A DNA stretch of 58,404 bases, filler included, from Sphacelaria rigidula (lineage: Eukaryota), in assembly GCA_964200075.2 (NCBI GenBank). It is 9 parts of 9 records of this genome, joined end to end, with 100 filler letters (N's around TTAATTAATTAA, not from the genome) between each part and the next. Parts side by side here need not be neighbours in the genome. Positions count along the whole stretch, not along the records: positions 13,003 to 19,403 come from CAXNAA020020300.1; positions 19,504 to 25,904 come from CAXNAA020020301.1; 7 more parts are not named here. One strand, given 5' to 3'. Positions 13,058-25,904 of the stretch are shown here, in pieces (positions within the stretch are counted from its first letter, which is position 1; each line of letters opens with the position of its first letter). Both the position numbers and the translations under genes were made by a program. A model generated the notes under the pieces. The model had not been told where the DNA came from. It was given only the letters and a program-made list of their open reading frames with translations, and ran no database searches.

Positions 13058-13555
13058 TTGTCCGAGGAAACTTGGGATGATGTTTATTTGACTTCAACAA
13101 CGGCATTCATAACCGATGACCCCCATTTGTGGAACCCACTTCTTTCGTCTTCCGCTAGACGTAATGCCTTCAGCAGTCATGCCAACAGTTGCATCAACTG
13201 TAGTGTTCAAGGCCACAGCATGCGCTACTGTGACAGTCCATGCATCAATGCCTTCGATCTCATGAACCCTGAATTGCAGGACAATGAACCCGCGTGGCGC
13301 CGATGGCAAAAACGCATGCGCGACTATCGTCCACCAACTCGAAATTACCCCAACAATTCGAACCAACGTAGCTACAAAAGCTCTAATCGCGGTCGCCGAC
13401 ACAACAGCAATCACGGAAGCCCTCGCCAGAACGATCAAAATTCTCGCGACAACAAACGATCCGCTGATAGACACCAGCGGACGGGACCGACACAAAGTTC
13501 TAATCCCAACACCAGAAACCCTGGTACCTTCACTACGGATCGCTTAGATCCATGA
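13058..13555 (+). CDS. gag: Gag C-terminal part with CCHC zinc knuckle
   Basis: CINCSVQGHSMRYC is CX2CX4HX4C, followed by an R/N/S-rich tail. Confidence 0.8.
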   Translation: MSEETWDDVYLTSTTAFITDDPHLWNPLLSSSARRNAFSSHANSCINCSVQGHSMRYCDSPCINAFDLMNPELQDNEPAWRRWQKRMRDYRPPTRNYPNNSNQRSYKSSNRGRRHNSNHGSPRQNDQNSRDNKRSADRHQRTGPTQSSNPNTRNPGTFTTDRLDP

Positions 13556-15210
13556 GCGTTCTTCGGTCTTTCACGCCGTCGATAGCACGAGCGAAGACTT
13601 TTTCAACACAGCCCGCGGAGTCCGTGTCAAAAATTGCCCACTCGACTCTCCCGGCAGTATCCAGGAGCGTAACTGACGGCCGTTCATATCGACCCCCGTC
13701 TCGAACCTCCACACCATTTTCAACCCAGCCTGCAGAGCCCGCGACTAAGATTGTCCGCCCAGCTCTCCCGGCACTATTCAGGAGTGCAACTGACGGCCGT
13801 TCAAATCGACCCCCGTCTTCATTCCTCCACACACCGCGTAACAGTTGGGTCACCCCGCGACTCAGATCCACACCAGGCACTGAACTTGTTCATTCAGTAC
13901 CGAGTATAAGTCTGAGATGCGGGAAGACCAACCGCCAGTGCCTGAGGCAACGGCTTCCCTCAACGACCGCACGCACAGGTAGCAGCAAGCCTTTTTCAGC
14001 TGACCCAAGTGTTGCTGGTTTGAACCTGACCGCATCGGATCATGTACTTCCTAATCAGTTCGATCGGGCTCCTTCCCCGCGGTTTTCAAGACGCACGGAC
14101 CTACCTTCGGTCGGTTTTACTAACAACCGCCCCAACATATCTTCGGCTATGCCCCAACAGCCAAACTTGCCTGCGGAAAGCAGCCCACAAGTTTCGCTCC
14201 GTCATGCCCCGATGCTGGCCCCATCCACGCAACTGGACGCAGTTGTGGTTTCATCCCCAAATGTTTTGGAAGTTCCCCGACCTTTGTCACGGCGAAAGAG
14301 AAAGCCCCGCAAGCATGCCCCCAAGGACGCGCGCGCATCATTACGTACACCTCTTTCGAGCGGAAATTCTCGACCTCAATCTCTCCAAAATGCGACGATT
14401 TTGAGCTCGACGACTCTATCAAGTATCCCGGAAGAAACAAAATCACCTGATTTCGACGGCACTACTTCTTCAATCCACGGCTCCAGCTCCGCACATCCTG
14501 GATCCCCCTTTGACGGTGATCCCTGTCAACCAAAGACGATCATTTACGAAATCGCCAATGACCGTGCCACAACTGAAAATAATATACCGTCCACCCCCTT
14601 CTCCGGTGAGACATCTGACCCACCGGCGGATCATCCGTCGTGCGTTTTTGCTGTCAACCCCGCTGATCCTGACCAGTTTACCTTGCCGGAACACGGTCCG
14701 AATCTTGTCGGCGGAAAAGTTTCTGTAGATCCAGCCACCTTTACTACTCGCGTTGCGATCCATGCCGGTCCAAACGCTATCACGCCTACGAAATGCGTAT
14801 CCTTGTTGGACAGCGGCAGCCCGCACACATTTATTCGAAAATCAACATGGAAACACATGAAACAGACTGGCGCTGCTACTGCAGCTTGCGAAACCACCAC
14901 CAAACCTCGCGTGTGGGACGGTTTCGGTGAGTCTGCCGCGCCACTGACGACTTGTAAATCCGTTCGTCTCAGTTTTCAATTCTTTCACAACACCACTCGA
15001 TCTGCCAGCCTAGCAGTCTGGGCATACATTGTCCCCGATAGCACAATGCATCACGCCATATTATTGGGCAGAGATAGCTATATGCGGTTTAATAAACGAA
15101 CCTACCCCACGCTTCCACCACTAACGCCACATTCCACGCCGCGTGGAGAATTCAACCTCGAGCAAATCGGTACTCTCCACGGCGCCCTGGCTTATCAGAA
15201 GAATCCTTAA
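13552..15210 (+). pseudogene. pol: Pol N-terminal ORF: long S/P/T-rich linker plus retropepsin aspartic protease
   Basis: LLDSGSPHTFI active-site motif near 14802-14835 and downstream ILLGRD motif; the frame continues past TAA at 15208. Confidence 0.85.
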
Positions 15211-15819
15211 GCAATCGGAGCTGCTTACCACCTACGATATAACGGTAGCGTGGGTATAACACTCTCCGACGACCCCCAACTTCTTGAAGTTGCACTAGTT
15301 CGCCGAAATGGCATGCCAGCACTTACGGGCCATTATCTTGCCGAAATGGTACCCCGTATTGGCGCACCAGCCGACACAGAACTTTTTGTGTCGGCGGGAC
15401 GACAACTCCTCCCTCTTACGGGACATGCTAACTTGGAACCCGGCGATGTTTTAGAAATCGCCGCTGCTCCCCTGAAGCACATCCCCCTCGAGACGTGCGT
15501 CACAGAGCCTGCCGCACCAAACACCATATCTCCGGCGGAGTCAGTACATTATGTCGATGAACCGTATTTCGATCTCGCCTCTACTACTCCACCCCAGGTC
15601 CACACCGTGGATCCTGCCCAGTCAAATTCCGATCCTCCTGCTGAAGTGCTTCAACGCTTGTCACCAGATTTTCGGAATAGTTTCTTGCACATGTGGCACC
15701 AACTGCCGCCACACATGCGCGACATCAATTTTGACCTTCATGGGCCCGGCTGGGAACTGGCAGTCATCCAAGAACCCAGTGATGTCCTGCTACAGTACCA
15801 AGACCGATTTTCCCATGAC

Positions 15820-17253
15820 GGATCTTGGGCATTGCAAAACACTGCCCTCTGAGGTTACCCTCCAACCCGGTGTCTCGCCGATTTCTTCTCGGCCATACTG
15901 TACCAACCCAATCCTTACCAAGAAAGTTGACGCCATTTTGGATGCGTATTTGGGAGCGAGACTAATACAACATTACTCCTCCTTGGGCCTCGCCACTTGT
16001 GGTCGTCCCCAAAAAGGATGAAAACATACGCGTTACCGTGAATTATTAACGGTTGAACCGCGTCACTGTGGTCGGTAAACTTCCGATTCCCCGCATTGGT
16101 GAAGTCTTCGACTCCTTGGGCGAAAATATTCAACAACTTCGATCTCGCTTCTGGATATTTTCAGAATGCTATACACCCTGACACATTCCCACTGACGGCG
16201 TTTTGTACTTCGTCTGGACTTTATGAGTGGCTTCGAATGCCACAAGGCGCCGCCACGGCCCCGGGATGCTTTCAACGCTTAATGCAACGCGTCACCGAGG
16301 GCCTCGAGCACATCATCATGTACTTGGATGACGCTATCGCTTTCGATGCCTCACCTCTTGCACATATACGCACTCTACGAGAATTTCTCTTTCGCCTACG
16401 TACGCACGATTTGAAACTGTCTCCATCCAAAGCTCGCCCCGGCGCGACTGACTTGGATTTCTTGGGGCATTCCATTTCGCCAGCAGGCCTGCATCCGGAT
16501 ACAAGCAACGTCAAGGCGATGACTGATTTGCCGATGCCAACTAGCATTTCTAAATGTCGCTCATTGTTGGGTGGGCTATCCTACTACCGCAATTTTTTGC
16601 GGAATTTATCGAAACGGATTCGCCCCCTTACTGAGCTACTCAAGAAAGGAGCCGTGTTTCCTTTCACCACAGAAATGGAAAATATCACCCGCGAATTACT
16701 CAAGACGCTTACCGAAAAGCCCGTACTCTGCTTTCCTGATTGGGAGGCAGTACAAGATGGCTTCCGCCTTTTCCAACTCCATACTGACGCCAGCACCAAT
16801 AGTTTTGGAGGAGTTTTGAATCAACCTCAGGTTGATGGCTCTGTCCGACCCATCCTTTATACCAGCCGCGCTACCCTGCCCAACGAGGCCAATTGGAGCC
16901 CGCTAGAACTGGAAGGCGGAGTAATCACTTGGGCCATTAAGTACCTTCGACAACATCTGTTTCACGTGCCCTTCGAGATCTATACGGATCACGGAGCACT
17001 TGAACAACTCGCCAAGGTTGGTGAACACAACCCTCGTCTACAACGATGGTTGGAGTTTCTAACAGCATACCAGTATACCATTAAGCACCGTCCAGGCAAA
17101 TCCAACGGGAACGCGGATCTTCTTTCCCGCTTACCTCTGCCGCCTACGGCCGCAGATTTCAGCCCGGCTTGCCGTTTAACGGAACCCGATGAACCCGGAA
17201 TTCACACGATCAAACGTTTCTCAACGCCTGTTTACGCCCTCGACCCCCAGTGA
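15820..17253 (+). pseudogene. pol: Reverse transcriptase plus RNase H (frameshifted at the 5' end)
   Basis: SPWASPLVVVPKKD, FDLASGYFQ, MPQG, YLDD (16321-16332), FLGH; RNase H motifs LHTDAS, LELE, YTDH, NADLLSR. Confidence 0.95.
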
Positions 17254-17975
17254 CCGGAAACCGGTATGCATATGGAAGGACCTCGCCGTCTACCATATGA
17301 CGCCGTGTTGGGTGGGTTAAAGCCCACTACCTCCGATTTTGTCGATTTTCGCACTTTCGGTACTCGCGCGCAGCTCTTTGCCGAGACACCTCCAGTCACC
17401 CACCTTATCTCCGACAACACGCGCTCCCGGTCTGCCGCCCGCACCACTCCGAGTGCCCCGCCGCCATCAACAACACCTGTAACCCCTATGAGCCACCCAG
17501 CACAAGTTCCACGGACCAACACGCAAAGCTCCGCAAAAAATTCTAAACCGTGCGCCACGCGCCGCGAACAATCTTCGCCGCGCACTGATACAACCCCATC
17601 GCCTATAATGGCGCCGCAAACATCTCCTGCCCCCGAGCACGGATCTGACGACTCGTCGCTAGCTCCCGGAACAGATATTGACGTCGGCATTTCTGCCTCG
17701 TCGCCTATTCCCCCACCGCCTGCCCTACTGTATTTGGTCGGCTCGCCAGCGGAAGATCAACTACGCGAGTTTCTCGCCAGCTACTCTCACCGCGATTGGG
17801 CTCGTAAACAAAACGCAGAACCGCTGTGTCGCGCAGCCATCCGGTACTTACAACTTGACTATCCAGTCCCTTTTCCGTCCACACTTCTGGCCCCGGTTGG
17901 AACACTGCCACCACCAGTTATCTCTGACGTATACGAGCTCGTGCGTAAAGGCACCTTTTTACTACGGATGAAGGC

Positions 17976-19403
17976 GTGCAACTACTCGTACGTCGGCCCA
18001 CGCCTTTGACAGGCGTAATTGCCGCCTCAACTACGGGACGCACCGCACGACTACTCAATGACGAACCAACGCGCATATATGTGCCATTATTAGTGCGCCC
18101 CTGGGTCATGAAAGGCTGTCACACAGACTTGTCATGCCACCTTGGCGTCACCCGCACCCTCGCGCTCTTGGAACGCTTCTACTGGTGGGTTGGTATGGAA
18201 ATTTCAACCCGCTTCTGGATTCAGCGATGCTTTAAATGCCAAGCCCGAAAAACTTCACGACAGACAGTACGCTGGCCCGTGATCTCTATGGGACTCCCCG
18301 ACGAGCCCGGCCACCTTGTGTCCTTTGACTACTTTGGCCCTCTACCTAGCACAGGTCGCGGCAACACCTACATCTTACTCTCCACTGACCGCTTTAGCCG
18401 CCACGCGTCCATGTACGCGGTAACCGCCCGCAGATTTCACTGCCGCCGGAACGGCTGACATACTGGTCCATGATTACATTAAGCACTACGGTTGCCCAAA
18501 GCGACTACTTTCAGACAATGGTCAGCAATTTGGTTCAGACCTCTCTGATGAGCTTTACAAGCTCCTGGGCATCCGCAAAATTGCCACGAGCGCCTACCAC
18601 CCGAACGGTAACGGTGGAACCGAAAGAGTTAATCACACCATGGCCCAGATGCTCTCTATGGTTATCAATGACCGCCAAAATGACTGGGACCTACATCATC
18701 TCTCGCACATCATGTTGTCCTACAACAACTCGGTTAATACCGCCACCGGCCTTTCTCCGAACGAACTTCATCTTGGACGTTACCCTCGGCTGCCTATCAC
18801 CGTATTTGAGCGCCACATGTTGAACGGACACCAAGGATTGGATCAGGATCATATATCCTACAGCGAGCTACCGCATGCACGACAACGCAAAGCGTTCACC
18901 CTCGTGCGCGAACAACACGCTATCAATGCCTCGCGCCTAGAGAAATCTAACACCGCTCTCTACAACCTCATGCACAAACGCCCTAACTGGAAAGTTGGCG
19001 ATTGGGCTTGGATCTACAACAGCTTGTCTACCATCCGCCAAGGCACCAGTAAGGCAGCCTACGAAACAGTTTTGAAGACAAAATTGTCCCTCAATTGGAC
19101 AGGACCATTCAAGATCCTGGGAGTCGGACCATCATCATCATCACCGGATGAAAAACCCGTCGGTGACAAACTGCTCTATCTCGACTTGCCTCGCGACTTC
19201 CAGGGCAAGGACACCAAGCCTCGCGTCTCCGTGCACAGATGCAAACCCTGCATGAACCCGCATGATACAAGCGACATGCCCAAGTACCTGCCTGCCGGAC
19301 TCACACAGTATGTTTTCAACAGCTACTCGACCAAGTCCCCGCCCTACCACGTTACAACCGACGACGTGACGGAACAGCCCCTTCGGTTGGCTGTGTCCTC
19401 CAT
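17976..19403 (+). pseudogene. pol: Integrase (HHCC zinc domain, DDE core, GPF motif), frameshift near 18430
   Basis: H..CHLG..RCFKCQ, SFDYFGPLP, LLSDNGQQF, YHPNGNGGTERVN, WTGPFKI. Confidence 0.93.
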
Positions 19404-19503
19404 NNNNNNNNNNNNNNNNNNNNNNNNNNNNNNNNNNNNNNNNNNNNTTAATTAATTAANNNNNNNNNNNNNNNNNNNNNNNNNNNNNNNNNNNNNNNNN
19501 NNN

Positions 19504-19910
19504 GAGCTAGACTCGACTGACTGATAGTAGGCTTCTTGCCCGGCCCAGCTCGTATTTATTTCTTCCCTTTCCCGTTTCATGTTTTGTGTTCTGTGTTTCC
19601 CTGGTGGCAGCTGCGCCTATGGATATATTATTCATGTTCTCGTAGATATGTATCATACTGCTCTTTCCCGGTGATTACATGGTTGAGTACTGCTCTGGCG
19701 CTGCTTAGTTTTCCCGTCCGCGCTCATCTGTTGATTGTGAATTTCTTGCAGAGGGGGGGCAGCTGCGTAGAGTTTTCCTTCCCGAGCCCATGTGTTGATG
19801 GGGTTTTTCTTTCAGAGGGGAAACACTCCAGTCTGCAGGGCGCTATTGCAGTGAGGTACTCCCCACCGGAGGGGAATAATGCTTCTTCGCGTGGTTACCC
19901 CGGAACGTCA
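19504..19910 (+). mobile_element. Probable 3' end of an LTR retrotransposon: 3' UTR, polypurine tract and candidate short LTR (19764-19910)
   Basis: AGAGGGGGGG at 19750-19759 lies just before TG at 19764; candidate CA end at 19910; tandem stops TGATAG near 19521. Confidence 0.4.
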
Positions 19911-22900
19911 CCTTTCGACTGCGGGTCTTAATAACTTGGCTAATGCGATGGAAAGATCAAAAGAATGGGCATCCCTTCACATTCTGATGGGATATCCCGT
20001 CAAGAGAACAGGGAAAAAGTCCAATGTCGTGGGAAATTGAAGATAACCTTGGGAATTTTCCGAACCTGTACCTGACTTGATACAAGGTACTGTAATGCTT
20101 GTGAATGGGGCCCGATTTCGAGCGCTATATATCGGGAAAATGGATCGACCAACTACATAGTCAGCTGAGAGCTGACGGAATGAAACCTAAATGAGCCGAT
20201 CAAAATCAATCACCAGTACATGCGTTACTCGAAATGACGACCAAGCTCAAACTAAAGTACATTTTACAACAAATCTGTGACTGACGTTGCTGTACAAATT
20301 TTCACAGGGCTACAATAACAGGAGGATAGAAGCTGCGGCTCGTGTTGTTGCTGTGCCCCTTTTGTTGCAGTATGTTGTTGTGCCTATCTTTCAACGCGGC
20401 TGACTCGGCAACGAAGCAGAGGATTGGACTGCGCTTTGATGCGTGCGCTTTCCACACACCGGAACTCGCGACTATACTGACGGTTTCCCGGAACGCGCAC
20501 TGCAGAGGTCGCAGCACTCTGCCAACGGCTGCTCCAAACCCGATATTTACCCTTCAAGGCGTCTCCTTCAACGCTTTGGGGCTTTTCTGGTCCACTATAC
20601 CGATTTGGTCAGATCAGCTCCTATAGTCCCTATGTCTAGTTTGTGTGTGCGGGTGTGTGAAGCGCCACAGGTCAGTTTGCCTCCCGTGTCGAGAACAAGG
20701 CGATGAAAAATCACATCTGTCGCATACCAAACCTAGGTAACTTGGAGTGGAGGATGTGTTCTGTTCAGCGGAGGTTCAGGAGAGGTTCGGCACAGATCTG
20801 AAGGGTTCATGACGTTTTCATTTTTCCTCCGCCTTTCTTTTTTTGTTTTTTGCCCACGGATTTCCGGTCGCTAAGGTCTTCATTCACGGGCATAACTGTA
20901 CAAAAACATCATTTGCGGTATACAACATGTTGACTGAACAAAATCCTGGCGCAAAAGCGAGTCGGCATGTATTGAGCCAACAACCTGTGGACCCATTTTG
21001 GAATGTAATTTTTACCGGTCGGTCGTACATAGAGCAGGCCACGTATGACTTCGAGGTATGTTATTCGCACAGCATGTTCCTTTGAGAGGTGTGCACCAAC
21101 ACATATCGTATGTGTTGAACATTACATGCCGGACAAGCGCAATATGTATTGACCGCGCAAACTGTTTCACGCCCGAAATGGGCAATATATTGCCGGCGCA
21201 ATACGTTATGTGTAAGTGAGTGCCTTAGAGGTTGGACGTGAATGAGTGCAGTATGTATGTTGGGCGTGAAATATACGGGTAGGCCCATAGGTGCAACATG
21301 TGCCGACGAGAAATCTACGTCGTGTGTTGGGTGTAACCTATCGACAAGCCTCAAAAATGTTTTCCCCTCATACGTCCTCAGTATGAACTCTCGCTACGCT
21401 ATTTCGACGGCCCTCGGTGTGCACTATGTGAGGATAACATAATAATACTTGTTATGACTCGACATATGTTGTCCCATCACTATTTTTCATGAACTTGTTT
21501 TGACTCGATATACCGATCTGTCGATATATTCAGAGCCGGGGGGGACGTACATGTTGAAACCTGTTGCTCGGGAGCAATCTCGTGTCCAGCTCATGTCGGC
21601 ACAAACCCAACGTACATCATGGCGTCTATACTCCAAGCTGGGGCACATGTCGAGACCCGCGCAGGTGCTGTCTACGATGCAAAACATCCATCTCTACCGA
21701 AAATCTCACTGACCCGTCGAGGGTCTAGCTCCTACTCACCATGTTGTTCTGTCTGAAGGCACGTTGAGAGCATATGGCATGAGGAGGGGAGGTTGAAAGG
21801 GTGCTGTCTGCGGAGAACATTTTTGCACGATGCCATCAGGAGAATTGGTGGAACTCCAGCGGTGATATTACTGTTAACAAAACATGTAGCACTATGTCAT
21901 CGCGGTGGGGGCAAGTCATCAAACAGCATCGCAGTAATGTGATGGCGGGTTTGTAGCACTCGTGTCTTGAGCCGTTCGTGTGTGCCCTGTTGTGACCAAA
22001 CTTTTTTTTTCATTCCAGTCGCTCGAGTGTCAACCGTTAATGGCGAGTGATGACGTTTCGTTTACCTTGGGTGTGTCTATCTTGTGACCACGCCTGTATT
22101 ACTCGGGGATCACTTAGTGTGCGACAATCAAACAACACGGAGGGCCCGTACGCGGAACCAGGAATAAATGAACAAATGCCACGTACGTACGAAGTGACCA
22201 TGAACAAGACACCGAGGTTACACGAAGCTAAGCCTCTCTACCTGCTGGAGTAAGTGCTGCAGAACCGCTACTCCCGGTCCCGTGTTGGGGGCTGGGTGTA
22301 TTTTGCTCCTCGGGGTATTTTTTACGCGTCCTGTGCACTGAGATGGTATAATTCGGAGGTGCTATCATGCGTTGATCTTCTCGGTAGCTGGAAGCATCAT
22401 TTTTCGGGGGCTGATGTGTCCAAAGTGCTGGTGCTAAACTTACTCTATTTTAGTGTGCTGCTGACTCGTGCTTTATTGCTTCAGCACCTCGGTTTCCAGT
22501 CCATACCAAACGATCGCAGACTACCACGACCACGTACAGAGGGATAGCCCAGGCGCATGATTTGTTATGTGATTTATGGTGACACACAAGGGGGGCGGTG
22601 CATATGGTGTATCTCCCTGCACATGTGAAGCGATATGCATTCGCAAACTCAGCATCAACCCTTGAGGCATACTATGGAGGAGCTCCAAGTACATGGCTCA
22701 GTCCATCATGGCTTCGTCGAGGATCGTGTAGTTGTTGAGCATCGACGATCCAGCCATGCATTTGATATGAGCTGTCTTTCGGAAATCATCGAGATGGTCA
22801 TGTACCGATGTTGAGGCGGGAACTGAGCTTTTTATGAAGTCCTACCACCGCGAAATCCATGTCTTCAAGCAGGGGCTTCACCGCTCAAGCCAAACCGTGT

Positions 22901-24416
22901 CTGTGCGACTTCCCTACGGAATGGAAGGTCCGTATTCGGTAGACACCGATACTCACTGCTCCTTCAACGAGTGAACCTGAGTAGTTTTATTCCCCTATAT
23001 TTCGAAGTGTAAGGTTTACCCATCCATCTCGTACCTCCTGGTTGCGTTGAGTCTGAGTTGGCTGAGTAGGGCCAGCCTTCAGCAAGGCACTGACTTTCGC
23101 TTCTCGTATAAAGAGGCGAAAATGCCAGTGTTCTTTGCTTTCGTTGTGATAACCAATCGTTTCAATCGCCTTCCCTCCAGTATGTCGTATTCTTGATCTA
23201 CTGCTTGGAAGATGAGGAGGTTTTGTCCGAGAGTAAAGTAGGATTCCGTACATTGTCGGTGGGATTCCCGACTGCTTAATGGAAATATCAACTTCGGTTG
23301 TTTACCGTCTTTTGTTTTGGTGTAGTTCCACGTGCTTGTTCACTAATATTCCGTACTCGGTTGTTACATGCATGTCAGTGGTTGTTGCGGACGCTGAAGG
23401 TTTGGTGGCCATCAGTCACCGAAATACCTGCCTGCCTTTTGAGGGCTGGAGTCCTCGGTCGGTTGTATCAATACGCACAACTACAGCGGCAGCACGTACC
23501 AAAGCAGAAATTGGCAGGATTGTACTTACGACGAGGACTAACATCCTCTCAATCATGCCATCTCATCCGCGCAATTGGCTGAAGTTGAGTGGAGGAAGTT
23601 TCCTTAGGCAAAGACAGTTGTGATACACATACATTTCAATTTTATCAAGCTTTCTGCATGACACAATGACGGCGACAGAGAGCGGGGAACGAATGTCTTG
23701 TGGAGGCTCGAAATCTTCCAACTTTCAAGAAAAACATATGTAAGTATATTTTGTGGTCTTTTTCACGATCAATACCATCCCATATTGCTGGTTTTCGGCC
23801 CTACTGTATGGCATGTGCTTGTGTTGTTTTTTCGCATGGGCCGCGCAATCCAGTGGAAAACTCAGTGGAGGAATTATGTGGGCCTTTGCAAAGCTCTCCA
23901 CCAGAGGAATCGGCAGCACTAGATATGTCTCGGAAATGGAACTTCTAACAGAGCAAAGGTCTACCCGACCCTATCACATCGTGACGGCCCACGCAAGATA
24001 TGAGCCGCCCCTACTGACCATTTTCCCTCGAAGTACCATTCGCCTCTTTTGACAAACACTCGAGAATCTTTAACCCGGTGTTTGAATCCGTTTCTTAATA
24101 TCAGGTAGCACCAGGAAAGATAGCCTGTCCGTCTTGTTCGGCCATTTGACAGTGGGACTGCTAAAAGCGGCTAAAATTGTGTGCGCCAGAGCCTCTCGTT
24201 TTGACGACATAGCGGCGAAGGTAGCTTGGCAGTGCGCCCAGAAGAGCTGCTTGAAATGATCACCACATAGCATGACGGGCATCAACGTCGTGGAGCTGCC
24301 GATGGTCAATGAAGTAAACCAAGAGTGCGGTTATCGGCGGCATCTTCAAACAACAATCGTACGGTGTAGCGGGAGGTTGGAAGGCGGAGTTCTGTGCCGA
24401 TCACGCTGGGGCACAG

Positions 24417-25904
24417 ATGGTCAATGTATCGGGCAAGAAGTGCGGCAACGAGGGCAGCTCGGAACAACAATCTTACGGTATAGCGGGAAGCCGGCTGACG
24501 GAGTTCTGTGCCGATCACGCTGGGGAAAGGATGGTTGATGTTGTGAGCAAGAAGTGCCGCAGGGAGGGCTGCTTCAAAGTCCCATCGCTTGGTATAGCGG
24601 GCAGCCGGCTGGCGGAGGTTTGTGCCGACCACGCGAGGGTGGGAATGGTCAATGTAGTGAGCAAGAAGTGTGGTCACGAAGACTGCTCCAAACAACCATC
24701 GTATGGTGTAGCGGGAAGCCGGTTGGCGGAGTTCTGTGCCGAGCACGCGAGGGAAGGGATGGCTAATGTAGTGAGCAAGAAGTGCGGCAGCGAGGGCTGC
24801 TCCAAACGCCCATCGTATGGTGTAGCGGGAAGCCGGAAGGCGGAGTTCTGTGCTGAGCACGCGAGGGTGGGGATGATCGATGTGAAGAGCAAGAAGTGCG
24901 GCAACGAGGGTTGCTCCAAGCGACCAGCGTATGGTATAGTGAGAAGTCGGAAGGCGGAGTTCTGTGCCGAGCACGCGAGAGTAGGCATGATCAATGTTAA
25001 AAGCAAGAAGTGCGGCAACGAGGGCTGCTCCAAACAACCATCGTATGGTGTAGCGGGAAGCCGGAAGGCGGAGTTCTGTGCCGAGCACGCGAGGGTGGGT
25101 ATGATCGACGTGAGGAGCAAGAGGTGCTGCAACGAGGGCTGCTCCAAACAACCATTGTACGGAGTAGCGGGAAGTCGGAAGGCGGAGTTCTGCGCTGAGC
25201 ACGCGAGGGTGGGGATGGTCGATGTGTTGAGTAAGAGGTGCTGCAACGAGGGCTGCTCCAAACACCCGTCGTACGGTGTAGCGGGAAGCCGGTTGGCGGA
25301 GTTCTGTGCTGAGCACGCCAGGGAAGGAATGATAGATGTGGGGAGCAAGAGGTGCGGCAGCGAGGGCTGCTCGAAGCACCCATCGTATGGTGTAGCGGGA
25401 AGCCGGAAGGCGGAGTTCTGTGCCGACCATGTGAGGGTGGGAATGGTCGATGTAGTGAACAAAAAGTGCGGCAACAAGGGGTGCTCTAAACAACGACGGT
25501 ATGGTGTAGCGGGAAGCCGGAAGGCGGAGTTCTATGCCGAGCACGCGAGGGTGGGGATGATCGATGTGAGGAGCAAGAGGTGCGGCAACGAGGGCTGCTC
25601 CAAACGAGCATCCTACGGCGTAGCGGGAAGTGGGAAGGCGGAGTTCTGTGCCGACCACGCCAGGTCTGGGATGATCGATGCGAGGAACAAGAAGTGCGGC
25701 AACACGGGCTGCTCCAAACACCCACGGTATGGTGTAGCGGGAAGTCGGTTGGCGGAATTCTGTGCTGAGCACGCGAGAGTAGGGATGATCAATGTTGTGA
25801 GCAAGAAGTGCGGCAACGAGGGGTGCTCGAAGAAGCCATCATTCGGTGTAGCCGGAAGCCGCTTGGCGGAGTTCTGTGCTGATCACGCCAGGGGAGGGAT
25901 GATT
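24417..25904 (+). CDS. EsV-1-7 cysteine-rich repeat protein, 13 complete 38-aa (114-nt) tandem units, truncated by the contig end; degenerate frameshifted units upstream from about 24229
   Basis: Unit consensus MIDVxSKKCGNEGCSKxPxYGVAGSRKAEFCAEHARVG (C-x4-C...C-x2-H); single open frame with no introns. Confidence 0.93.

Larger units (their letters stand above)
13003..19403 (+). mobile_element. Ty3/Gypsy LTR retrotransposon internal region, decayed; both ends run into contig edges
   Basis: Domain order gag(CCHC)-protease-RT-RNase H-integrase is diagnostic of Ty3/Gypsy; in-frame stops at 15208 and 17251, frameshifts near 15810, 15975, 16120, 17960 and 18430. Confidence 0.97.

Noticed and set aside
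19403..19910. Joining the Gypsy integrase of contig 3 to the PPT/LTR at the start of contig 4
   Set aside because: They are separated by an artificial linker; adjacency comes from length sorting
24306..25772. 488-aa and 267-aa minus-strand repeat ORFs
   Set aside because: Antisense shadows of the EsV-1-7 array; a stop-free unit propagates through the repeats
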